Assembly (NCBI GenBank): GCA_041946805.1
Contig: JBHGBC010000025.1
Location: forward strand, 1 to 51,695
Direction: 5' to 3'
DNA: 51,695 nucleotides
Source: a bacterium
GTDB lineage: Bacteria; Hinthialibacterota; Hinthialibacteria; Hinthialibacterales; Hinthialibacteraceae
Part shown: positions 1 through 9,678 of the stretch, in pieces
Layout: every line of letters starts with the position of its first letter
Numbering within the stretch: position 1 is the stretch's first letter
Translations under genes and position numbers: made by a program
The notes under the pieces: model-generated
Told to the model about the DNA's origin: nothing
The model's database searches: none
The model's input: only the letters and a program-made list of their open reading frames with translations

Positions 1-2
1 AC

Positions 3-230
3 GCGCGGGGCGACAACACCCCGGATTCGGACATCGATGTCATGGTGTCGCTGGCCGGGAGAATGAATGCCCGCGTCAAAGAAGAAATCCTAAAAATGGC
101 TTTTGAAATTGAGCTGGAAATGGATGTCCTCTTTGATATCAAAGCCTTTTCCGAAAGGGATATTCAGGAAACCCTGGTGGGCGCGACTCCGTTCATGGAG
201 AATGTGTTGCGGGAGGGTTTCTCGATATGA
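3..230 (+). CDS. Minimal nucleotidyltransferase (MNT) domain protein, 5'-truncated by the window edge
   Basis: The frame upstream of the ATG at 42 reads ARGDNTPDSDIDVM, the tail of the GSx10DxD MNT motif. Its stop overlaps the start of a HEPN gene (ATGA at 227-230). Confidence 0.85.
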   Translation, partial: ARGDNTPDSDIDVMVSLAGRMNARVKEEILKMAFEIELEMDVLFDIKAFSERDIQETLVGATPFMENVLREGFSI

Positions 231-637
231 CACCCATTCAACGCCGGGATTTATGTTTATACCGGATGAAACGTGCCCATAAATCACTCAAGGAAGCACG
301 CAACTTATTGGCAGACAATTTGTTAGAAGGAGCTGCGAATCGCCTTTATTATTCGGTTTTCTATGCGGTTGGCGCGTTGGCGCTCGCGCATGATTTTGTG
401 ACGACGCAACATACGGCTTTCCGTGCTTGGTATAACAAGAATATTGCCAAAGCAGGCTTAATGGACGATCCTATCCGGATCCTTTACAACAAAGCATTCG
501 ATCAAAGAACTGAAGGTGACTATCTGGACATGGTGGAACTGGACGCCGAAGTGATAGGAACCATGCTTCTACAAGCGGAGCCTTTCATCACGCGGATTGA
601 AGAGTTGCTGATGGAGAAATTGAAGGAAGAGAATTAA
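227..637 (+). CDS. HEPN domain protein (UPF0332-like), partner of the upstream MNT
   Basis: 136 aa with AANRLYYSVFYA and a C-terminal R..GDY motif typical of this HEPN group. Translationally coupled to the MNT gene. Confidence 0.85.
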   Translation: MTPIQRRDLCLYRMKRAHKSLKEARNLLADNLLEGAANRLYYSVFYAVGALALAHDFVTTQHTAFRAWYNKNIAKAGLMDDPIRILYNKAFDQRTEGDYLDMVELDAEVIGTMLLQAEPFITRIEELLMEKLKEEN

Positions 638-790
638 ATAGAGACCGCCTGCCTCATCCTGCCCCATCCGGTTTCGATACTCCCACGAAACTAATAAGCT
701 TCCCTTTCCCCGCCGGGCGGGCGCTGTTTTTCACCCGCCCGGCGGGCTCATCAATTTTGGAACAGGGGAAAGCCGATTTTCGTAGCGGGA

Positions 791-1951
791 TTATTGCTTC
801 AGCCAATCCTTCACGGACGTTCCGGGCTGGGCGTGGAAGACAAAGATGCTGTTCGGGGCGTTGTGCGTGCTGAAGAAGGCGTACTGGCCGTCGTCGGTCA
901 CCTCGAAGCCGCGGCAGTGGCTGGTGAACGCCTCGGATTCGGTCAGCGCGTTGAGGTCTTCCGGGGTGAAGACCGCCACCGGTTCGCCGTGGTTCTCCAG
1001 GCTCATGGCATTCGGCGCGAGTTTGAAGATTTTCAATCCCGCGATGCTTCCCATGACGTGGATATACATATTCCCTGACCCGGCGCCGGAAACCTTCACG
1101 TTGACGATATCGTTGTTTTCCGAGGCCGCGCCCGGCTCGAATACATTTTCCGTCAACCGGGTTTCCGTTCCGGTTTCCGGATCGAAAACATAGAGGGACG
1201 AGGGGAAATTGATCGTGTCGCCCTCGCCGTAGAAAATCAGATCCTTGCCGTTGATGTAGCGGATGGTGAAATTCCGGAACCGGCCGACCGCGGTATGGAA
1301 AACGCCTCCGTCTTGCCACGCGGTGTCGCGCGTGAAGGCCACACCATCCTGGTCCAACGGACCGGTCACCTTGTAGCGCTGCAAATCAGTGCGGCTGCCG
1401 CTGCTGGACAGATAATGATTGGTGTATAGCAAGGTCCCATCGTGGTTGAAGTGCAGCGGATCGCAATCGGCGGGCACGTCGGCTTGCAGGAGCGCTTCGG
1501 CCGCCGTACCCAGGGTGTAGTCATCCGGATAGGCATAGAACGGCTGCACGTCCTGCGCCTGGCCGCCGTTGCCGACGACCACGCGCCGGCCGAACTGGCT
1601 GCATCCCTTGGGCAGGCCGATATGCGCCGTGGCCCAGCGGTGCGTGACCTGGTCGGCGTTCTCGGCCGCCCGCAGTTCCGCCACCACGTACTGGCTGAAG
1701 TTGGCGTTGGTGCCGGAGTCTTGCGTATAGAGATACGTTTGATCGCCGGTGGAATCGGTGGTGCTGGGCCCGCCGAAGGTCCAATAATGGGGAGAGGCCC
1801 CATGGGCGGCGTCATCCATGATCTCGACATACTTCAGCACCGGCGCGCTCCACCAAACCGCTTGGGCGTTGGACGAATCGATCGCCCCCACCAGAATCAC
1901 GATGGCGATAACCGGTGTCGCGCCACATGGAAAAAATCTTGTCCAGAGCAT
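791..1951 (-). CDS. Secreted hypothetical protein, possibly beta-propeller-like, ending in SVKDWLKQ
   Basis: AAGGAGG RBS before the ATG at 1951. Hydrophobic signal-peptide-like N-terminus (VIAIVILVGAIDSSNA). Beta-strand-rich body. Confidence 0.7.
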   Translation of the reverse strand: MLWTRFFPCGATPVIAIVILVGAIDSSNAQAVWWSAPVLKYVEIMDDAAHGASPHYWTFGGPSTTDSTGDQTYLYTQDSGTNANFSQYVVAELRAAENADQVTHRWATAHIGLPKGCSQFGRRVVVGNGGQAQDVQPFYAYPDDYTLGTAAEALLQADVPADCDPLHFNHDGTLLYTNHYLSSSGSRTDLQRYKVTGPLDQDGVAFTRDTAWQDGGVFHTAVGRFRNFTIRYINGKDLIFYGEGDTINFPSSLYVFDPETGTETRLTENVFEPGAASENNDIVNVKVSGAGSGNMYIHVMGSIAGLKIFKLAPNAMSLENHGEPVAVFTPEDLNALTESEAFTSHCRGFEVTDDGQYAFFSTHNAPNSIFVFHAQPGTSVKDWLKQ

Positions 1952-2297
1952 CACTTTCCTCCTTGATTCAAAATGGATATAGAGTGCCGGTTCCTCGTTC
2001 GAACGGCAGGCCCATTGTAAAGGAAAAAAAGGAGCATGTAACGGTGATAGGATCGATTCCACCGGCGGATGCACGCATGAAGTTAATCCCGCACGAGAAA
2101 ATCGCCGATGGCAGAATGCCGTATGCCCTAGCGTGGGGTAGGCGCCAAGGGCTGGCGCCGCCTATTCCCGCTGGCCGGCATTACGTGGTCTCCATTTTGA
2201 ATCCACTCCGTGGGGGTAGATTGCTTTTCCCGGGATATGAGACACTGGGGAGCCCGATTTAATCGGCAATTCCAATATCGTAGAAAGATGGATCATC

Positions 2298-3344
2298 GTG
2301 GCGAATCCATTCCTGGGAGTTTTTCTGCACGCGTTGGGCGGCCTGGCGGCGGCGAGTTTTTATATTCCCTACAAAAGAGTGGAAAAGTGGTCATGGGAAA
2401 GTTACTGGCTGGTGGGCGGATTTTTCAGCTGGATCATCGCCCCCTGGATTCTCGCGTGGCTCACCGCCCCGGCGGTTTTTCAGATTTTGGCGGAAGCCCC
2501 GAAAGCCACCCTCGGCTGGAGTTACTTTTTCGGGATTCTCTGGGGCGTCGGCGGCTTGACCTTCGGCTTGTCGATGCGTTACTTGGGGATGTCGCTGGGT
2601 TACGCGCTGGCGCTGGGATTCTGCGCGGCGTTTGGGACGATCATCCCGCCCATTTTTCAAGGCCGGATCATGGAACTGGCGGGAACCCTGTCCGGCATTG
2701 TGATCCTGACGGGCGTGGCGGTGTGCCTGCTGGGCATCGCGTTTTGCGGCATGGCGGGAATCCGGAAAGAACGGGAATTGCCTACGCAGGACAAGCGGGC
2801 CACGATCCAGGAGTTCGACCTGATGAAAGGCGTCTGGGTGGCGCTTTTCGCGGGCGTGATGAGCGCCTGCATGGCCTTCGGCATCGCGGCGGGCAAGCCC
2901 ATCGCCCAGCGGGCCGTGGAACTGGGAACGCCGCCGTTGTGGCAAAACACCCCGGTCTTCGTCATCATCCTGGCCGGCGGATTCACGACCAATTTCATCT
3001 GGTGCGCGGTGCTGAATGCTCGTAACCGCTCATGGGGGGATTATCTGAACGCCGCGGGCTCGCCGATCCTTATGAATTACCTCCTCTCCGCCCTGGCCGG
3101 CACGACGTGGTACCTGCAATTCATGTTCTACGGCATGGGGACCACGAAGATGGGCAAGTACGATTTTTCCAGCTGGACGATCCACATGGCGTTCATCATC
3201 ATCTTCTCCAACATCTGGGGCTGGCTGTTTCATGAATGGAAGGGAGTCAGTTCCAAGACCCATGCGTGGGTGTGGACGGGCATCGGCATCCTCTTGGCTT
3301 CCACCCTCGTCGTGGGATGGGGAAATTATTTGGCGATGGAATGA
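2298..3344 (+). CDS. rhaT: L-rhamnose/proton symporter
   Basis: About 10 TM segments, with ASFYIPYKRVEKWSWESYW, GLTFGLSMRYLGMSLG and SSWTIHM motifs characteristic of RhaT. Confidence 0.92.
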   Translation: MANPFLGVFLHALGGLAAASFYIPYKRVEKWSWESYWLVGGFFSWIIAPWILAWLTAPAVFQILAEAPKATLGWSYFFGILWGVGGLTFGLSMRYLGMSLGYALALGFCAAFGTIIPPIFQGRIMELAGTLSGIVILTGVAVCLLGIAFCGMAGIRKERELPTQDKRATIQEFDLMKGVWVALFAGVMSACMAFGIAAGKPIAQRAVELGTPPLWQNTPVFVIILAGGFTTNFIWCAVLNARNRSWGDYLNAAGSPILMNYLLSALAGTTWYLQFMFYGMGTTKMGKYDFSSWTIHMAFIIIFSNIWGWLFHEWKGVSSKTHAWVWTGIGILLASTLVVGWGNYLAME

Positions 3345-3397
3345 AGTAAATCGAGCACCTATTAAAATCGAAATCCAACCTTTCTGGAGAGATCCAA

Positions 3398-6136
3398 ATG
3401 AAAATCTATAGCCTTCTTGTCCTTGGCGCGTTGACATCCTTCATGGTTTCGACGGCCGCGGCGGATTCCAGCCTCAGGATTCGCGAATTGCGCTGCGAGT
3501 ACCAAAGCAATTCCCTGGCTGTGGATACGCCACATCCCCGGTTGAGTTGGATTTTGGATGCGGACCAGCGCGGCCGGCGTCAAACCGCCTATCAGGTGCT
3601 GGTGGCTGGTTCGCGCGAAGCCTTGGACAAGGACCTGGGCGATCTGTGGGATTCGGGCAAAGTGATGCTGGATCGTTCCATCCAGGTGGAATACGCGGGG
3701 AAACCCTTGGCTTCATACCAAAACTGTTTCTGGAAAGTGCGGGTCTGGGACGCGAACGGCCAGCCATCCCCCTGGAGCGAACCGGCCGCGTGGTCCATGG
3801 GAATCCTGCAGGACGACGAATGGAACGCGCGCTGGCTGCAGTATCCCCAATCCGAAGCCAATCCCGATAAGCCCGCGCCCCTGCCCATCTTCCGGCGGGG
3901 ATTTTCCATCGATAAAGAAATCAAGCAGGCCCGGGTGTACATCTGCGGATTGGGCTTCTACGAGCTGCGTTTGAACGGCGGAAAAGTGGGGGACGCGATG
4001 TTCGATCCCGGCTGGACGAATTACCGCAAGACCTGCCTCTATTCCACCTACGATGTCACCGCGCAGCTCCGGACGGGCGAGAATGCCTTGGGGATTATGC
4101 TGGGCAACGGCATGTATAACGTGACGGGGGGGCGGTATGTCAAATATACCGGTTCGTTCGGTTTGCCCACGTTCATCCTGAAATTGCGGATCGAACACGC
4201 CGATGGCCAAGTCACCGAAATCGTTTCGGATGAATCATGGCGCTGCCACACGGGGCCGATTGTCTTCTCGTGCATCTACGGTGGAGAGGATTACGACGCG
4301 CGGTTGGAACAGCCGGGGTGGGACGCGCCCGGCTTCGCGGACGCCTCGTGGAGTCCCGTCCAGGTGTGCGAAGGCCCCGGCGGGAAACTGATCTCACAAA
4401 TGACCCCGTCCATCCGGGTAATTCAGCAACTGGAGCCGGTCCGCATGACCACGCCCCGTCCGGGAATCACCGTGTATGACCTGGGGCAAAATTTTTCCGG
4501 CATCCCCTGGATTCAGGTCCAAGGCCCAAGGGATTCATGGATCCGGATCACGCCGGCCGAGTTGATCACGGATGACGGGCTGGCCAATCAATCGGCCTCC
4601 GGCGGCCCGCACCACTATACCTACACGTTGAAGGGAGAGGGGGTTGAAACCTGGCATCCGCGCTTTACGTATTACGGATTCCGGTACCTGCAGGTCGAAA
4701 GCGGGCCGGCTGAAAATCCGCTTAAACTGTTGCGGATCATGGGCCTCTTCACGCGCCACGCGGCGGAACGGGCGGGTGATTTCGCCTGTTCGGACGAGCT
4801 ATACAATCAGATCCACGAGCTCATCGACTGGTCAGTGGGGAGCAACCTGCAAAGCGTGCTGACCGACTGCCCGCACCGGGAAAAACTGGGCTGGCTGGAA
4901 GTCGCGCACCTGATGGCTCCATCGATCCTGTTCAATTACGATGTCCCGCTCTTCTACACCAAGGTCATCCGGGATACCCGCGATTCGCAGTTGCCCAACG
5001 GCCTGGTCCCCGACATCGCCCCCGAATACACCGTCTTCAGCGCCGGATTCCGCGATTCGCCGGAATGGGGCAGCGCGGCGGTGATCCTGCCCTGGTACGT
5101 GTATCAATGGTTCGGCGACGAACGGCCCTTGCGGGATAGTTACGACACGATGAAGCGCTACGTGGCGTACCTGGCCAGCCGCGCCGAGGATCACATCGTC
5201 AGCCATGGCCTGGGCGATTGGTTCGATTACACACGCGGTGGCGAGGTGGGCGAATCGCGCCTGACGCCCAAATCACTGACCGCCACCGCCATGTACTATT
5301 TCGACACGGCGATATTGCGCGACGCCGCCCAGTTGTTAGGGAAGGAAGAGGACGCGGCGAAATACGCCCGGCTGGCCGAGGCGATCCGCCAATCGTTCAA
5401 CAAGCACTTGTTCCATCCGGATACCAATCAGTACGCCACCGGCAGCCAGACCGCCAACGCCATTCCCTTGGTGTGGGGACTGGTGGATGGAGAGCGGTTC
5501 GGCGCGGTGCTGGAAAACCTCGTTCTAGAGGCGAAGCAACGGGATTACTTGACTTCGGGGGATGTGGGCTTCCGGTTTCTGCTGCGCGCGCTGGCCGATA
5601 ATGGCCGCAGCGATTTGGTTTACCAATTGACCCACCGCACGGACGAGCCGGGGTACGGCTACCAGATCAAACAGGGCGCAACCAGCCTCACCGAGGCCTG
5701 GGACGGCCGCAAGGTGGTCTCACACAATCACTGCATGCTGGGTCACCTGCAGGAGTGGTTCCACCAGGAACTCTTGGGCATCCGGCGCGATCCCGCCGCG
5801 CCCGGGTTCCAGAAGATCATCATCCAGCCCTGGCCGGTGGGAGAAATCGCCTGGGTCAAGGGCCATTACGATTCACCTTACGGCCGGATCGCGTGCGAAT
5901 GGCGGCGGCAGGAAGACACAATTACACTGCAAGTGGAGATCCCAGCCAATACCACGGCCGTCATTCATGTTCCTACATCCGACGCCGCGCGGATCACCGA
6001 AAGCGGCCGGCCGGCCGCGGACGTGAAGGATCTGACTCACATCGAAACGAAGAATGGCTATGCGGTTTATCAGACCGGTTCGGGAAAATATGTTTTCGTC
6101 TCTCCATTCCCATTGGAGAAAGACAGCGGAAGGTAA
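3398..6136 (+). CDS. Alpha-L-rhamnosidase (GH78), secreted
   Basis: Signal peptide, LWDSGKV, YDLGQNF, FTYYGFRY, TDCPHREKLGWLE, GATSLTEAW and SHNHCMLG motifs. Lies directly downstream of rhaT. Confidence 0.92.
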   Translation: MKIYSLLVLGALTSFMVSTAAADSSLRIRELRCEYQSNSLAVDTPHPRLSWILDADQRGRRQTAYQVLVAGSREALDKDLGDLWDSGKVMLDRSIQVEYAGKPLASYQNCFWKVRVWDANGQPSPWSEPAAWSMGILQDDEWNARWLQYPQSEANPDKPAPLPIFRRGFSIDKEIKQARVYICGLGFYELRLNGGKVGDAMFDPGWTNYRKTCLYSTYDVTAQLRTGENALGIMLGNGMYNVTGGRYVKYTGSFGLPTFILKLRIEHADGQVTEIVSDESWRCHTGPIVFSCIYGGEDYDARLEQPGWDAPGFADASWSPVQVCEGPGGKLISQMTPSIRVIQQLEPVRMTTPRPGITVYDLGQNFSGIPWIQVQGPRDSWIRITPAELITDDGLANQSASGGPHHYTYTLKGEGVETWHPRFTYYGFRYLQVESGPAENPLKLLRIMGLFTRHAAERAGDFACSDELYNQIHELIDWSVGSNLQSVLTDCPHREKLGWLEVAHLMAPSILFNYDVPLFYTKVIRDTRDSQLPNGLVPDIAPEYTVFSAGFRDSPEWGSAAVILPWYVYQWFGDERPLRDSYDTMKRYVAYLASRAEDHIVSHGLGDWFDYTRGGEVGESRLTPKSLTATAMYYFDTAILRDAAQLLGKEEDAAKYARLAEAIRQSFNKHLFHPDTNQYATGSQTANAIPLVWGLVDGERFGAVLENLVLEAKQRDYLTSGDVGFRFLLRALADNGRSDLVYQLTHRTDEPGYGYQIKQGATSLTEAWDGRKVVSHNHCMLGHLQEWFHQELLGIRRDPAAPGFQKIIIQPWPVGEIAWVKGHYDSPYGRIACEWRRQEDTITLQVEIPANTTAVIHVPTSDAARITESGRPAADVKDLTHIETKNGYAVYQTGSGKYVFVSPFPLEKDSGR

Positions 6137-6147
6137 GTAAAAAATGG

Positions 6148-6573
6148 GGTTCATCCGAAAAGTGCGTGCCTTCCCCCGGGAGCGTGGCCGGTCATCGATT
6201 CGACACGTGGGAGAGAGCCGTCCCAAATCCCCTCTCCCTTTGGGAGAGAATTAGTGTTTGAGATTCCATGAATAGGCAAAATTCATCCTATCTCTGCAAT
6301 CGAGTAAATAGTTATGGCTCATCCGGCAAGTGCGTACTTTTTTTAGATCGCCGATTCGCATCACTTCGAAATGATCGATTAATACCACCCCCAAAATTCC
6401 CTCTCCTTCTGGGAGAGGGCCAGGGTGAGGGTATTTTTGTTGGAACGAACCTTGGTGTCCGCCTTCTTTCCGGAGTGAATGGAATCGAGTATATCTTGTT
6501 AGGCACGCACTTCCCGGATGAACCATAATTGTTCCAATTTTTCGCCATCCCGCGCGCGTTTACCGGATGAACC
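6148..6573. mobile_element. MITE-like element (outer copy) with about 22-bp terminal inverted repeats
   Basis: Left end GGTTCATCCGAAAAGTGCGTGC, right end GCGCGCGTTTACCGGATGAACC. The flanking 8-mers AAAAATGG and TAACATGG match at 6 of 8 positions. 6148-6260 is homologous to 32711-32824 on the minus strand. Confidence 0.65.
6316..6524. mobile_element. MITE-like element (inner, nested copy)
   Basis: Left end GGCTCATCCGGCAAGTGCGTAC, right end GCACGCACTTCCCGGATGAACC. Flanks ATAGTTAT and ATAATTGT match at 6 of 8 positions. The interior is homologous to 27470-27620 on the minus strand. Confidence 0.75.
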
Positions 6574-6674
6574 TAACATGGGATAGGATCGACTCATGAC
6601 TATGGATAAAATTAATCCTCGAGTTTGATATTATCCTCCAGCCCGGTTCCGGACCGGAGGAAAGGAATGACGCC

Positions 6675-7154
6675 ATGCCCACAATCACGGAAATCCATGT
6701 CAATGGCCGAACTTATCCCATCACGGTGGACGCGGACCGCGGCCTGCTCAGCGTGCTGCGCGACGATCTCGGCCTGACCGGCAGCAAATACGGCTGCGGC
6801 GAGGGCCAGTGCGGCGCCTGCACCGTGCTCATCGACGGCGCGGCCCGGCGCGCGTGTATCACCCCGATGAGCGCCACCGCGGGAAAGCAGATCCTCACTA
6901 TCGAGGGGTTGGAGCAGGACGGAAAACTGCATCCCCTTCAAGAGGCGTTTCTGGAGGCGGACGCGCTGCAGTGCGGCTACTGCACGCCCGGCATGATCAT
7001 GGCGGGAGTCGGCTTCCTGGCGAAAAATCCGAATCCCACGCCGGAAGAGATTGTCCGTTCCCTGAAGGGCAACCTCTGCCGTTGCGGTACGTACCGCCGC
7101 ATCACGCAAGCCGTTCTGAAAGCGGCCCAGATACTACGGGAGGCGGCGAAATGA
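6675..7154 (+). CDS. 2x[2Fe-2S] small subunit of a xanthine-oxidase-family molybdoenzyme (IorA/CoxS-like)
   Basis: GCGEGQCGACTV, QCGYCTPG and NLCRCGTY motifs. Confidence 0.95.
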   Translation: MPTITEIHVNGRTYPITVDADRGLLSVLRDDLGLTGSKYGCGEGQCGACTVLIDGAARRACITPMSATAGKQILTIEGLEQDGKLHPLQEAFLEADALQCGYCTPGMIMAGVGFLAKNPNPTPEEIVRSLKGNLCRCGTYRRITQAVLKAAQILREAAK

Positions 7155-9319
7155 ACCGGAAAAACACCGATCCCTTTCTGAATCCCGGGGAGGACGTGAC
7201 CCTGGAAGCCGAGCGCTACGAACTCTTCGCCGAGCCGCTTTATACGTTCGATCTATCGCGGCGGGATTTTTTGAAATTCACCGGCGGGGGCATCCTGGTG
7301 CTTCTCGCGCTCCCGGCCGCCGAGGCTGCGGAGGCCGCGCGGGAACGGCGGCGCGGATCCGGCGGCGATCTGCCCCGGGAAATCGGCGCATGGCTGCGGA
7401 TCAATGAGCAAGGCGCGGTCACCGTCCACACCGGCAAGGTGGAGATGGGCCAGAACATCCGCACCTCGCTGACCCAGGCCGTCGCCGAAGAACTGCGGGT
7501 CCCCGTGGACGCCATCACCCTGATTATGGGCGACACCGATCTCACCCCCTATGACGCGGGGACCTTCGGCAGCCGCACCACCCCCGACATGTCTCCCCGC
7601 CTGCGCCGGGTGGCCGCCACCGCCCGCGAAATCCTGCTGGACCTGGCCGCTGAAACATGGCAGGTCCGCCGGGATTCGCTGAAGATCGCCGATGGCCGGA
7701 TCACGCACCCCGAATCCAACCGGTCGGCCGTCTATGGTGAACTGACCCAGGGGAAAGAAATCACCAAGACAATCGACGAGGACGTCCCCCTCACCCCCGC
7801 GGAGCAATGGCGGATCGCGGGCGCCTCGGTTCCCAAGATCGGCGGCCGCGATTTCGTGACCGGCAAGCAAACCTTCGTCTCCGACATGAAACTCCCCGGC
7901 ATGCTGCACGCCAAGATTCTCCGCCCGCCGGCCTTCGGCGCGGAACTGACCTCGCTCGACACGAAAAAAGCCGAAGCCCTCTCCGGCGTGCTCGTTGTGC
8001 GTGACGGGAACTTCGTGGGTGTGGCCGCCCCCAGCGAGGAAACCGCCGTCCAGGCCTTGCGGGGCATCCAGGCGGATTGGAAAACCACGCCTCAGCCTTC
8101 CCGCGCCGAACTGTTCGAACATTTGAAGAAACACGCGTCCAGCGGCAATTCGCCTTTCACCACCGGATCGATCGCCGACGGCCTGGCCGCCGCCAGACAG
8201 CAATTGCGGGAGACTTATACCGTTGACTACATCGCCCACGCCCCGCTCGAGCCCCGCGCCGCGCTCGCCGTATGGGAAGGCGAAAAACTGACCGTGTGGA
8301 CAGGCACGCAGCGCCCCTTTGGCGTGCGCTCCGAACTGGCCCGCGCCTTCAACATTCCTGAAGAGCGCGTGCGGGTGATCATGCCCGGCACGGGATCCGG
8401 CTACGGCGGCAAGCACACCGGCGACGCGGCGATCGAGGCGGCCCGCCTGGCCCGCGCCGCCGGGAAGCCCGTGAAATTGGTGTGGACGCGCGAGGAAGAG
8501 TTCACTTGGGCGTATTTCCGCCCGGCGGGCGTCTTCGAGATCCATAGCGGCGTCCAGGCGGATGGGACCATCACCGCGTGGGAATATCACAACTACAACT
8601 CCGGCGCGGCGGCCATCCGCACGATGTATGACATCCCCAACCAGCATATCGAGTTCCACTCCACCGACTCGCCCTTGCGGCAGGGATCATACCGCGCCCT
8701 GGCGGCCACGGCCAACCACTTCGCGCGCGAAAGTTTCATGGACGAACTGGCCCACGCCGTGAAAATGGATCCCCTCGCCTTCCGCCTCAAGAACCTCAAG
8801 GACGAGCGCTTCATCAACGTCCTGAAGTCCGCCGCCGAACGCTTCGGCTGGAACGGGAAGAAATCCACGCCCGAACGCGGCTTCGGCCTCGCCGGAGGTT
8901 TCGAAAAAGGCAGCTACGTGGCCACCTGCGTGGAAGTGGCCATCGATCCCAGCAGCGGCGAGGTCCGCGTCGTCCACGTGGTGGAAGCCTTCGAGTGCGG
9001 GGCCGTCATCAATCCCCGGCATTTGGAAAACCAGGTGGAAGGAATGATCATGATGGGCCTGGGCGGCGCGCTGTTCGAGTCCATCGACTTCGCAAACGGG
9101 AAGATTCTCAATCCCCGCTTCTCGCGTTACCGCGTGCCCCGCTTCGATGACGTCCCCGTGATCGCAACCATCCTGCTCGACCGCAAGGACATCCCCTCCG
9201 CGGGCGGCGGCGAAACCCCCATCGTGGGCATCGCCCCCGCCATCGGCAACGCCATTTTCAACGCCACGGGCAAACGCCTGCGCGCCCTCCCGCTGGCCCC
9301 AAAGGGATTGAAAAACTAG
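7151..9319 (+). CDS. Molybdopterin-binding large subunit (isoquinoline 1-oxidoreductase beta-like)
   Basis: ATG at 7151 overlaps the upstream stop. SRRDFLK twin-arginine-like motif, KVEMGQ, GTFGSRT, GSGYGGK and GGGETP motifs. Confidence 0.9.
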   Translation: MNRKNTDPFLNPGEDVTLEAERYELFAEPLYTFDLSRRDFLKFTGGGILVLLALPAAEAAEAARERRRGSGGDLPREIGAWLRINEQGAVTVHTGKVEMGQNIRTSLTQAVAEELRVPVDAITLIMGDTDLTPYDAGTFGSRTTPDMSPRLRRVAATAREILLDLAAETWQVRRDSLKIADGRITHPESNRSAVYGELTQGKEITKTIDEDVPLTPAEQWRIAGASVPKIGGRDFVTGKQTFVSDMKLPGMLHAKILRPPAFGAELTSLDTKKAEALSGVLVVRDGNFVGVAAPSEETAVQALRGIQADWKTTPQPSRAELFEHLKKHASSGNSPFTTGSIADGLAAARQQLRETYTVDYIAHAPLEPRAALAVWEGEKLTVWTGTQRPFGVRSELARAFNIPEERVRVIMPGTGSGYGGKHTGDAAIEAARLARAAGKPVKLVWTREEEFTWAYFRPAGVFEIHSGVQADGTITAWEYHNYNSGAAAIRTMYDIPNQHIEFHSTDSPLRQGSYRALAATANHFARESFMDELAHAVKMDPLAFRLKNLKDERFINVLKSAAERFGWNGKKSTPERGFGLAGGFEKGSYVATCVEVAIDPSSGEVRVVHVVEAFECGAVINPRHLENQVEGMIMMGLGGALFESIDFANGKILNPRFSRYRVPRFDDVPVIATILLDRKDIPSAGGGETPIVGIAPAIGNAIFNATGKRLRALPLAPKGLKN

Positions 9320-9430
9320 GTTCTGTCGAGATTTCGTAACCAACTAGATAGTCATGTTTTTAGAGCGCCAACGGCGCCTTGAAACTAGCCCAGGGCTTTA
9401 GCCCTGGGATGGCTGCGACGACAGCGAATA

Positions 9431-9560
9431 AATCCCCATGCCCTCTGGGAGAGGGTTAGGGTGAGGGAATTTTTTGCAGGGGCGGACCTGGGTGTCCACC
9501 CGCAACAGAGAGGGGATGGGATTTTTTTCTCCCATCAGGTACGCACTTGCTGGATGAACC
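9431..9560. repeat. Partial copy of the MITE family (CCCTCTGGGAGAGGG hairpin plus right TIR)
   Basis: Ends in GTACGCACTTGCTGGATGAACC. Interior is similar to 6395-6480. Confidence 0.7.
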
Positions 9561-9678
9561 AGAAATAGTGGAATTTCGCAAAAATTTAGAATGCTAGCGG
9601 GAACAGCAGAAAATAGATGGATTACGCACTTCGTGCGAACCCATCCTGCGCACTATCCACTTGGAAGAAGTCACCCGG

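Noticed and set aside
6251..6548. Short ORFs on both strands sharing YGSSGKCV
   Set aside because: They are translations of the MITE terminal inverted repeats.
6809..7150. N-terminal extension of the molybdoenzyme large subunit
   Set aside because: It overlaps the 2Fe-2S gene in another frame. The real start is 7151.
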